Virus record (IMG/VR): IMGVR_UViG_3300049194_000147
Coordinates: 1-40,896 of that record
DNA: 40,896 nt
From: a virus
Taxonomy: Duplodnaviria > Caudoviricetes
Strand: one strand, 5' to 3'
The notes under the pieces were generated by a model. The model was given only the letters and a program-made list of their open reading frames with translations, was not told the origin of the DNA and did no database searches. Shown in pieces: positions 26,939-34,739 of the stretch. The position numbers were made by a program, and so were the translations under genes. The stretch's first letter is position 1. Each line of letters opens with the position of its first letter.

Positions 26939-27138
26939 GAAGGTTGCCAGCGAAGCTATCACCTTAAACAATCAACACTTACACGGGGGCTGTGGGTGCA
27001 ACCACGATCGTAAGGCAAAATTTAGGGGCTGGGAACGTAGCGAAGCGAAGTGAAAGCACCGTGTGCGGAGGATTATGTGTGTTGGCAAATTTTGCCTTAC
27101 AAGTTGATTAGCGAACCTACTATAAAAATCAATCTATT

Positions 27139-28020
27139 ATGAACAGAGCACAGGAATTAAAGTACAAGTTTATGCGGGAGTTAAAGCTGCGTAATTATGC
27201 AGATAGCAGCATACGTACCTATGCCGATTGCATTATGCAGTACTTTAAGTTTATGAATGGCAAAAAGCCTGCCGATGCCGCTGCTCATATTGAATTGATT
27301 AAAGATTATCTGCTCAGCATTAAAAACCAAAACTACCACAAACAAATGCTTGCAGCCATCCGCAACTTTCACAAGTTTGTATTAAAGCAACCGCTTAGCC
27401 TGGGCGATGTGCCTTACCCACGTGCAACAGATTATTTACCCGAAATACTTAACCTGCAGGAAACAAACAAACTGCTGGCCAGCTACAGCAACATTAAGCA
27501 CCGGGCCATTATTACATTGATGTATGTGTGTGGCTTACGTATTGGCGAAGTGCCAAAAATTAAAATAAGCCATGTAGATGGTGGGCGTGGATTGATCCGT
27601 ATTGCAGGTGCCAAAGGGTTTAAAGATCGGGATGTGCCGGTACCAGCCGATACGTTGCAACTGCTGCGTACTTACTTTACCCAATACCAACCAAAAGAAT
27701 GGCTGTTTGAAGGTCAGCAAAAAGGAGAGCAGTACACCGTACGCAGCATACAGCAATTGTTTTACCAGGGCTGCCGCCGTATAGGCTTACGTAAAAAAGT
27801 AAGGCCGCACGGTTTACGCCACAGCCGGGCTACTCACTTAAAAGAGGCTGGTGTGGATATAAAAGACATTGCCGATTTTTTAGGCCATTACCGCATACAA
27901 ACCACAGAGCTGTATTTAAAACTCAGCAAAAAAACATTGGTGAACCGTATTGCTATGGCAGATGAATTATTGAAACAGATTTTTAAACAGGAAGCAAAAG
28001 AAGCACTTACTTACGCATGA
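27139..28020 (+). CDS. Tyrosine recombinase, integron-integrase-like with N-terminal SAM-like domain, no IntI insertion
   Basis: LRNYADSSIRTY N-domain; GLRIGE (R), KGFKDR (K), HGLRHS (HxxR), LGH...TTELY (H, Y); short spacer WLFEG...YTVRS. Confidence 0.9.
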   Translation: MNRAQELKYKFMRELKLRNYADSSIRTYADCIMQYFKFMNGKKPADAAAHIELIKDYLLSIKNQNYHKQMLAAIRNFHKFVLKQPLSLGDVPYPRATDYLPEILNLQETNKLLASYSNIKHRAIITLMYVCGLRIGEVPKIKISHVDGGRGLIRIAGAKGFKDRDVPVPADTLQLLRTYFTQYQPKEWLFEGQQKGEQYTVRSIQQLFYQGCRRIGLRKKVRPHGLRHSRATHLKEAGVDIKDIADFLGHYRIQTTELYLKLSKKTLVNRIAMADELLKQIFKQEAKEALTYA

Positions 28021-28334
28021 CAGACATCGCCATCATTAACCGTTTATTTGAAACAGCTATTGCCGAAAAGGCTGTGTACCGTAAGCTGGGCATTACGGCC
28101 CGTACTGTTGCCAGTATGCGGTACAATTACAAAAAGCATGGCCGTGTACGTATTGAAAAGCGGCTGTGGGTATTGCAAAAGCTGGGGTACGATATTAATG
28201 CGTACAGCTACACCAAAGCCAACCTGGTAGAGCTGTTAAAGTTTTACAACCGCTGCAGCCAGGCAGCAAGGGATTTAGGGCCGGAGTATGTAGCTGAAAA
28301 GTTTATTGATCAGTTAACCAATAAAAACAAATAG
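28017..28334 (+). CDS. Basic small protein, possible HTH
   Basis: VYRKLGITARTVASMR; ATGA-coupled to the recombinase. Confidence 0.55.
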   Translation: MTDIAIINRLFETAIAEKAVYRKLGITARTVASMRYNYKKHGRVRIEKRLWVLQKLGYDINAYSYTKANLVELLKFYNRCSQAARDLGPEYVAEKFIDQLTNKNK

Positions 28335-28339
28335 TATTT

Positions 28340-28720
28340 ATGGCAAAAACAAAAAAGCAATTGCAGGAAGAGTACAGCAAAGAGTTAAACGAATGGATTA
28401 CAAAGTGTGAAATCTATTCAAGCAATAACGATTTAATTAGAAAAATAAACAGTGAACTTGAAGCACTTGTTTCAGAAAAGAAAACTGAAATTTCAAACCT
28501 TACATCAAAAAATAATTATTTAATAAAGCAGATGAACCAATGGTGTTCAAAACAAATTGCAAGACTTGAAGCTGTAAAAATGCTTTTTTCGGTAATGGAA
28601 AGCGGTGGAACGCATCGGCAGAAAAGACTATTTTATCATCAGGCTTTAATTGTAATCGATTCTGAAATTAAAAACTTGCAGAATGATAAGGTGAGCGAAA
28701 CAGAAGATCTTCCTTTTTAG
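28340..28720 (+). CDS. Coiled-coil hypothetical protein ending in DLPF
   Basis: 126 aa; acidic SSB-type C-terminal tip EDLPF. Confidence 0.6.
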   Translation: MAKTKKQLQEEYSKELNEWITKCEIYSSNNDLIRKINSELEALVSEKKTEISNLTSKNNYLIKQMNQWCSKQIARLEAVKMLFSVMESGGTHRQKRLFYHQALIVIDSEIKNLQNDKVSETEDLPF

Positions 28721-28766
28721 GGTACTACTCCCGACTTTCCGACTCCCGACTACCGGCTTTCCACCT

Positions 28767-28804
28767 ATTGTCCTCCACCCATCCAACAACTCTTTCCACT
28801 TTTA
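28767..28804 (+). promoter_or_regulatory. Putative late promoter copy 3
   Basis: ATTGTCCTCCACC-N17-CACTTTTA before the portal operon. Confidence 0.7.
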
Positions 28805-28836
28805 TACTGTTCACAAACGTTTTATGTTCAGTATAA

Positions 28837-29166
28837 ATGGAGCAAACCATTAACAGGTGGCAGGTAGTGCAGCAAATGGATAGCGGCATGCCCTTCGATC
28901 TTTCGTTTATTACTTGCGATCGCCGCAGGGGTACCGGTGGCGAAATTCGCCGGGTAACCAACTATGTAAAGTACAAAGGCGAAACCATTAGTGCCCGTAC
29001 ACGTAACAGGCAGCTGCAAACAAAGCTCAACAGCCCCGTACGTAACCCCAACCACCTGCAGCATAAAACCGTAAACATTTACAACCCGCACGATAGCCGG
29101 CAGCACCCCTACACGGTGCATTGGCGGTTAATGGTGCTGTTTAACGGAAAAAGAATTGTACAATGA
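28837..29166 (+). CDS. Phage hypothetical protein upstream of portal
   Basis: 109 aa, FDLSFITCD...FNG; ATGA overlap with portal. Confidence 0.7.
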   Translation: MEQTINRWQVVQQMDSGMPFDLSFITCDRRRGTGGEIRRVTNYVKYKGETISARTRNRQLQTKLNSPVRNPNHLQHKTVNIYNPHDSRQHPYTVHWRLMVLFNGKRIVQ

Positions 29167-30545
29167 GTGTTACTGTTAAAAACGGCATTGGTTACGGCAT
29201 CGAAAGTGGTGCTATGTTTTTTGATGTAATGGCCATGGATATGGAGCGCCGCCTGCCACAAACCACCGTGGAAAAAGTTACATCATTAATTGGGCCTTGG
29301 GCACCGTGGGGCAACGATAACCAGTTGCCTTTTCAAATGCTGGCCGATATTAAAAACTGTGGCATCCTTACCAGCATCATCGATCAGCAGGCACGCTTTG
29401 CACTCGGAGAAGGTGTAATGTGGGCATATACCCGTAAAGAAAAAACAGGTAAAACAACCGTGGAAGAGGTGGCCGATGTTGCCGAGATAGATGATTTTAT
29501 GGAAGCAAACGACAGCTACAAACAGGAGTTTGCATTGATGAAAGATTTACGGGCTTTCAACAATGGTGTTGTACGGTTTGGTTTAAACCTGGGCCGCAAT
29601 AAAATTGAACTATTTCAGCGGGATGATGTAACCGAACTCCGTTACAAACAAATGGATGATAGCGGCAACATCGATAACATTTTTTTATGTGCCGAGTGGG
29701 ATAAAGTAACACAGGTAAATGATACACGCATTTTAACCATACCGTTACTTAACCGCCACAATCCGCTGGCCGATTTAAGAAACAGGCAAAGCGGTTTACA
29801 GTTTGCCATGACTTTTAATTATCCCGGCTGGAATGAGAAATACTACAGCTTTGGTAACTGGCGAAGCAATAAAAAGTGGGTTGATATTGTAAAAGGCATT
29901 CCCGAAATGAAAGCGGCTTTGTTTGCCAACAACTTCAGGCCAAAATACAAGGTTACCATTTTTGAAAAGTACTGGGAAACGGTTTTATTATCTGACAATA
30001 AAAGCTGGGCCGATTATACCGAAGAGGAAATTGAAGCAAAGAAGCAGCAGGTGTACGATGATATAAATGAAAACCTTGCCCAAAACCGCAATGCATACAA
30101 AACCATGTTTGTGGATGGATGGATTGATGCCGATGGCAAAGAGCATAGTTACATCAACATCGAACCAATTGAAGATCCTACAACAGCAGGAGAAATGCTG
30201 CCGGATAGTGCTGCAGGTAATGCTGAGATTGCATTTAGCATGAACTATAACCCGGCTATTGTTGGCGCTACCATGCCCAGCGGGCCGTACACCAACAGTA
30301 ACGGCGGCAGCAGCGTAAGGGAAGCCGTAAGTGTGCAGATTATTATGCATGAGCCCGAACGTAAAAACATCCTTCGCCTGTACAACCTTATTAAAAAATA
30401 CAACGGTTGGGATGAGCAGTATAAGAAAACAGGCTTAAAGCTGGAGCCTATTATTCCTGCCACCATTCTTACCACACTCGATACAGGTGCAGGTACCAAA
30501 CCCGTAATGCTGGGCGGTAACCAACCAGGCGAACCAAACCCTTAA
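29163..30545 (+). CDS. Portal protein (putative)
   Basis: 460 aa; PWGNDNQLP N-terminal motif and ...PAIVG...GS..RE typical of Bacteroidota phage portals. Confidence 0.7.
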   Translation: MSVTVKNGIGYGIESGAMFFDVMAMDMERRLPQTTVEKVTSLIGPWAPWGNDNQLPFQMLADIKNCGILTSIIDQQARFALGEGVMWAYTRKEKTGKTTVEEVADVAEIDDFMEANDSYKQEFALMKDLRAFNNGVVRFGLNLGRNKIELFQRDDVTELRYKQMDDSGNIDNIFLCAEWDKVTQVNDTRILTIPLLNRHNPLADLRNRQSGLQFAMTFNYPGWNEKYYSFGNWRSNKKWVDIVKGIPEMKAALFANNFRPKYKVTIFEKYWETVLLSDNKSWADYTEEEIEAKKQQVYDDINENLAQNRNAYKTMFVDGWIDADGKEHSYINIEPIEDPTTAGEMLPDSAAGNAEIAFSMNYNPAIVGATMPSGPYTNSNGGSSVREAVSVQIIMHEPERKNILRLYNLIKKYNGWDEQYKKTGLKLEPIIPATILTTLDTGAGTKPVMLGGNQPGEPNP

Positions 30546-30570
30546 CCCATAACTTTTAACTTCTTACAAT

Positions 30571-31614
30571 ATGGCTTTAGTTAAAACAGTTGCACAGGTA
30601 AAAGAAGTACTGCCCAACCTTAGCAAGCTAAGCAACAGTGCAGTGCTGCCAAATATGGACAGGGCAGCCTGGAAATACATCATCCCTGTTATTGGTAAAG
30701 AGTTGTACAATGATTTGCATACAAAATACAATGCAGCATCGCCAACGCTTACCGATGCAGAAAATGAACTGCTGGGCTTCATCCGCACACCATTGGTGGC
30801 ATTTGCTTATGTAGATAACAGCGGATTGTTACAGGCAACAATCAGCGATAGTGGTGCACGCCGCATAAGCACCAACGAAATGCCTACACTGTACAAATGG
30901 GAGTTTGATGAGTTGATTAATGCCATCCGCACTATTGCCAACGATGGTATTGAAATGCTGCTCGATTATTTGTTTACCAATAAAGCCGATTTTCCGCTGT
31001 GGACTGGCAGCGATACTTACCAACGTATTACAGGCCGCTTAATTAAATCGGGCCTCGATTTCAGTAAGCTGTATGTGTTGTACCAGCCTTTCCGTACATA
31101 TTGGAAACTGTTGCCGTTTATGCAGGATGTGGAAGAGCTGTATTTGGCCAACAGCTTGGGCAGAGATCTGTTAAAATTCATTCGTGCACAGGAGGCTGTT
31201 ATTGTAGAAGATAACGGTGCCGATGTGGATGTGTTGGATTTTTTAAAACGAAGCGTTGCTAATTATACCATTGTAATGGCCACCCGTAAACTTACCGTAC
31301 GTTTTGGTGAGGATGGTTTTACAGTACTCAGCAACGGCGATATTGATAGCAAAGAGTATGCAGGCCGCACAGCAGCAGCTGCTGCAGAAGTAGCCCGTAT
31401 TGGACGGGAGGCCGAAAGAGAAGGCCGTAATTATCTGCAAAAAGCAATTGATTATTTAAAGCAGATTGGTGGCGGTGAGTTTGACAGTGATTTTAGCCCT
31501 GAGTTTTTGAGTGATTTTGCAAGTGCCTTTGCAAATTCGCCGCTGTATGCAGCAACCAACAATCCTGTAACATACGATAAGGGTAATGGCAGAAGATCAA
31601 TCTTTCGTTTTTAA
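30571..31614 (+). CDS. Putative head-tail adaptor (DUF6712-like)
   Basis: Follows portal; internal duplication IIPVIGKELY / LANSLGRDLL. Confidence 0.55.
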   Translation: MALVKTVAQVKEVLPNLSKLSNSAVLPNMDRAAWKYIIPVIGKELYNDLHTKYNAASPTLTDAENELLGFIRTPLVAFAYVDNSGLLQATISDSGARRISTNEMPTLYKWEFDELINAIRTIANDGIEMLLDYLFTNKADFPLWTGSDTYQRITGRLIKSGLDFSKLYVLYQPFRTYWKLLPFMQDVEELYLANSLGRDLLKFIRAQEAVIVEDNGADVDVLDFLKRSVANYTIVMATRKLTVRFGEDGFTVLSNGDIDSKEYAGRTAAAAAEVARIGREAEREGRNYLQKAIDYLKQIGGGEFDSDFSPEFLSDFASAFANSPLYAATNNPVTYDKGNGRRSIFRF

Positions 31615-31616
31615 GC

Positions 31617-32438
31617 ATGACTATTATTGAATTAAACAAACGTTTTTATACCGTTCCGCAAAGCTGGAACGAGTTAACCGGTAAGCAGCTGGTGGCTGTG
31701 TGCGATGTGTTGCTTCAAAAGCCGGAAGAAGTAACGGGTAAAATGAAACTGCTGAAAATTTTAACCGGCATGAGCAGCTGGCGCTGGTTGCAGCAAAGTG
31801 TGGCTGAGTTGGAGGATCATTTATACCTGGTTGATTTTTTAATTACTGAAATGGAATTAACAGATCAGGTGTTACCATACTATGCTTACCGCAATAAATG
31901 TTACCGGCCAAAGCAGGTATTGTACGGGCCGCAAAGCAATTTCGATAACCTGTTAATTGGTGAGTTTAGTTTTTGCGAATACTATTACAACCAGTACGAA
32001 AACAAAGGCATTGAGAATGGCATAAACGAACTCAATCAACTGGTTGGTACGTTATACCGGAAGCAAAAAGCACAGTACAACGCAAAAACAAATCCGGATG
32101 GCGATTGCCGTATGCCGTTTAATAAAAACCTTTGCGATGCCTATTATCCATCGTTGGTTGAAGCATGGCCGCTGGCTGTTAAAGTAGCCATTGGCTGGTG
32201 GTTTAAAAGCTGCCGTATTGAATTGCAAAAACAGTTTGGCAATGTGTTTAGCGGTGGAGGCGATGTAGCCAAATACGGCATGTGGAGTGTAATGAATACT
32301 GTGGCCGAAAAAGGAAACCACGGCAATTTTACACAGGTAGAAAATATGCTGCTAAAAGAATTTATGATGGAGCTGAGCGAAAGCATTGAAAAAAACAAAA
32401 AGCTGGAGCAAAAGCTCAATGCAAATAAACCCGGTTAA
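31617..32438 (+). CDS. Phage protein (tail assembly chaperone candidate)
   Basis: VPQSWNELTGKQL N-terminal motif. Confidence 0.5.
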   Translation: MTIIELNKRFYTVPQSWNELTGKQLVAVCDVLLQKPEEVTGKMKLLKILTGMSSWRWLQQSVAELEDHLYLVDFLITEMELTDQVLPYYAYRNKCYRPKQVLYGPQSNFDNLLIGEFSFCEYYYNQYENKGIENGINELNQLVGTLYRKQKAQYNAKTNPDGDCRMPFNKNLCDAYYPSLVEAWPLAVKVAIGWWFKSCRIELQKQFGNVFSGGGDVAKYGMWSVMNTVAEKGNHGNFTQVENMLLKEFMMELSESIEKNKKLEQKLNANKPG

Positions 32439-32440
32439 TT

Positions 32441-32941
32441 ATGATGCGGTTTGAACAATTTCAGGGCCTGATAAAAACCTATTGCGAAGAGCATACACTA
32501 GTGCAGCATAACGATGTAAGCAATGTATGTTTCGAACGGTTTAAAACAAATCAGCAACTGTACAGCATACCCACCAATGCAGGGCCTGTATTGGTACGGG
32601 TATTCGATTTTATTGGCAGAGCCAATGGCGATTTTGATAGCGGCCAGTTAAACGAACAGGCTGTGCTGCACTTCCTTTGCCGTGTTGATGCAGCGGCTGA
32701 TCCGTACGATGCTGTACACCAGGCAGAGCTGAAAGCCATGGAAATAATGTTCGATTTCTATGCCCGTATGAAAAACGACCAGCGTACCGATAGCTGTGGT
32801 GCTTTAAAAGGTTTTGATTTGGAGGATATGACCTTTGAAGCATTGGAAATGCAGCTGGAAGAGCATTATGGTTGGATGATGACAATACCTTTTCGTGAAT
32901 TTGCACCGGCATACGATGCCGATAAATGGAATACAGTATGA
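32441..32941 (+). CDS. Phage structural protein (tail terminator candidate)
   Basis: 166 aa, acidic, within morphogenesis operon. Confidence 0.5.
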   Translation: MMRFEQFQGLIKTYCEEHTLVQHNDVSNVCFERFKTNQQLYSIPTNAGPVLVRVFDFIGRANGDFDSGQLNEQAVLHFLCRVDAAADPYDAVHQAELKAMEIMFDFYARMKNDQRTDSCGALKGFDLEDMTFEALEMQLEEHYGWMMTIPFREFAPAYDADKWNTV

Positions 32942-34737
32942 TAGAGATTTTAAAACGGCCTTACCTTATTAACTGGAGCGGCAATAATATTTACTACGAA
33001 CTGTACAGCGCTGCTGCTGCAGCAGATAGCAGCATTACGTTTGAGGTAAGTATTGCGTTTAAACGAAACAATGAAACCGATTTTTCGGAAGTAATTATTT
33101 TGCCGTTTGTGCCGGTAAATGGTACGGCCCTGTTTGATATAAAGGATATTATTGATGCACAGCTTGCATTTGATATGCCAAACTTTGCTGATGAGAGCAA
33201 AATTTGCTACAACCAAAGCGGCCAGTTTTATATTGAGTTTCGGGAGGTATCGGCAGCAGCACCCGATGCAGCGTTTATAAGTACCGAATCGTACCAGCCA
33301 CGTTATGCAGTTAAAGGTGGTGTACACCCGTATCACTACAAAGGCAATAACTTTTGGCTTACTTTTTACCCGGTGCAGCAAATGTTTTTTACCTGGCGGC
33401 CACAGGGCCAGCTGGTATTGCCAACGGAGCAAACCTTCCTCAGTTTCTTTTATGATGGTGCCGATGCAGATGTGTTGGCCCAGCTGAAATTAACGTACAA
33501 AGATGCTACCACCGAAACCTTTACCCGTACCATACCGGTTGATGCGTATTGCATGATTATGCTGCAAAGCAACCTTTATTTTGATTGGGATGGCGGTGCT
33601 GGTTTTGATGCAGATAATGTTTACAAATGGGAAGTACGCATACGTAACAGCGCTGATGATGAAACGCTGGTTGATTGGTTTACGTACGAACAGGATAACC
33701 GGCCCGATTATGAGCAAACCATCATCCACTACCGTAACAGTATTGGTGGTTTAGATAACTGCCGTGTACGGGGTGTGGTAGAAAAACGGATGAATTATGA
33801 ACTGGTGCAGGCCGAGCATATTTTACCGGTTGATTATTTTAATGAAACGGCATTGCCTGCACAGCAAAGCACCATCAGCAGCAGCGAAAACGTAATACAT
33901 AGCGGCGAAATTGGTTTTGTAAGTAAGCAGGAGCAGGAAAGCCTTCGGGATATTTTTCTTTACAGAGAATTGTACATGAAAAAGCTGGGCAAATGGTGGC
34001 CGTTGCTGCTGCTTACCGATGATTTTGTATTACGCAAAACAACGGATATGCGTTGGAGTGTGCCGTTGGAGTGGAAGGTTGCACTTACAGCCATCAACCA
34101 CTTTAATTTGGAAGAAGAAGATTTTGGAGAAGGCTTAAACAGTAACAATGTGTGCAGGGCAACATTAACGTTAACGGTTGGTATAATTGTTACAGATCCT
34201 GTTTATTTAGGTTTACCAGGTTCGGTTGTGGTTGATGATAACCCGGATGCTGATACGATAACAGAATGGGAGTGGTGCAAGGCTACAGAGCCAAATGTGT
34301 GGAACAGGTTAGATATTATGGCCATTGCCTATTTTGATGTTGTTGAGTTTAGCGATGAGTTTATATTTTACCGTCCTGTTGCTGCCAATGGAGCCGTTGG
34401 TATTACACGATCTTATTTCTATAACAATGGCGTACTCATACCGCCGCCAACACCCAACAGCAGCATTGTAATACCATACACTTCTACATTCGAAATAAGA
34501 AGAAACAGCGTATTGATTGCTGCAGGTTCAGGCGATGGTACAAGTACACCTATTACATTTGATTGTGATGATGGAACAGATTTAACCATTGAGGTTAAGT
34601 TTGGCAGCGTAAGGCCACCAGTAAGTACATTGGTTAGCTCGGCCATTACCTACACATCGAGCAAAACAAACATTTTAAAAGTAATGACTTTTACGAATGT
34701 GGATGCCTCAGGCGGTATTGATATTACAATTTCATAA
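32938..34737 (+). CDS. Tail tip/baseplate structural protein (putative)
   Basis: About 600 aa, YRNSIGGLD motif; start 32926 or 32938. Confidence 0.55.
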   Translation: MIEILKRPYLINWSGNNIYYELYSAAAAADSSITFEVSIAFKRNNETDFSEVIILPFVPVNGTALFDIKDIIDAQLAFDMPNFADESKICYNQSGQFYIEFREVSAAAPDAAFISTESYQPRYAVKGGVHPYHYKGNNFWLTFYPVQQMFFTWRPQGQLVLPTEQTFLSFFYDGADADVLAQLKLTYKDATTETFTRTIPVDAYCMIMLQSNLYFDWDGGAGFDADNVYKWEVRIRNSADDETLVDWFTYEQDNRPDYEQTIIHYRNSIGGLDNCRVRGVVEKRMNYELVQAEHILPVDYFNETALPAQQSTISSSENVIHSGEIGFVSKQEQESLRDIFLYRELYMKKLGKWWPLLLLTDDFVLRKTTDMRWSVPLEWKVALTAINHFNLEEEDFGEGLNSNNVCRATLTLTVGIIVTDPVYLGLPGSVVVDDNPDADTITEWEWCKATEPNVWNRLDIMAIAYFDVVEFSDEFIFYRPVAANGAVGITRSYFYNNGVLIPPPTPNSSIVIPYTSTFEIRRNSVLIAAGSGDGTSTPITFDCDDGTDLTIEVKFGSVRPPVSTLVSSAITYTSSKTNILKVMTFTNVDASGGIDITIS

Positions 34738-34739
34738 TT

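Larger units (their letters stand above)
25390..28020. mobile_element. Integron-like locus: three cassettes (25397-26096, 26097-26710, 26711-27100) plus tyrosine recombinase
   Basis: AAC/GTT (once TAC/GTA) cores, three attC-like hairpins, cassette-flanking inverted repeats, adjacent IntI-like recombinase. Confidence 0.75.

Noticed and set aside
25390-27100. CRISPR array or DGR as explanation of the repeats
   Set aside because: No identical direct repeats with spacers, no cas genes, no reverse transcriptase or TR/VR pair; similarity is structural (inverted repeats).
27139-28020. Calling this intI, xerC/xerD or the prophage integrase
   Set aside because: Lacks the IntI insertion, sits mid-prophage away from att sites, and the serine recombinase explains integration.
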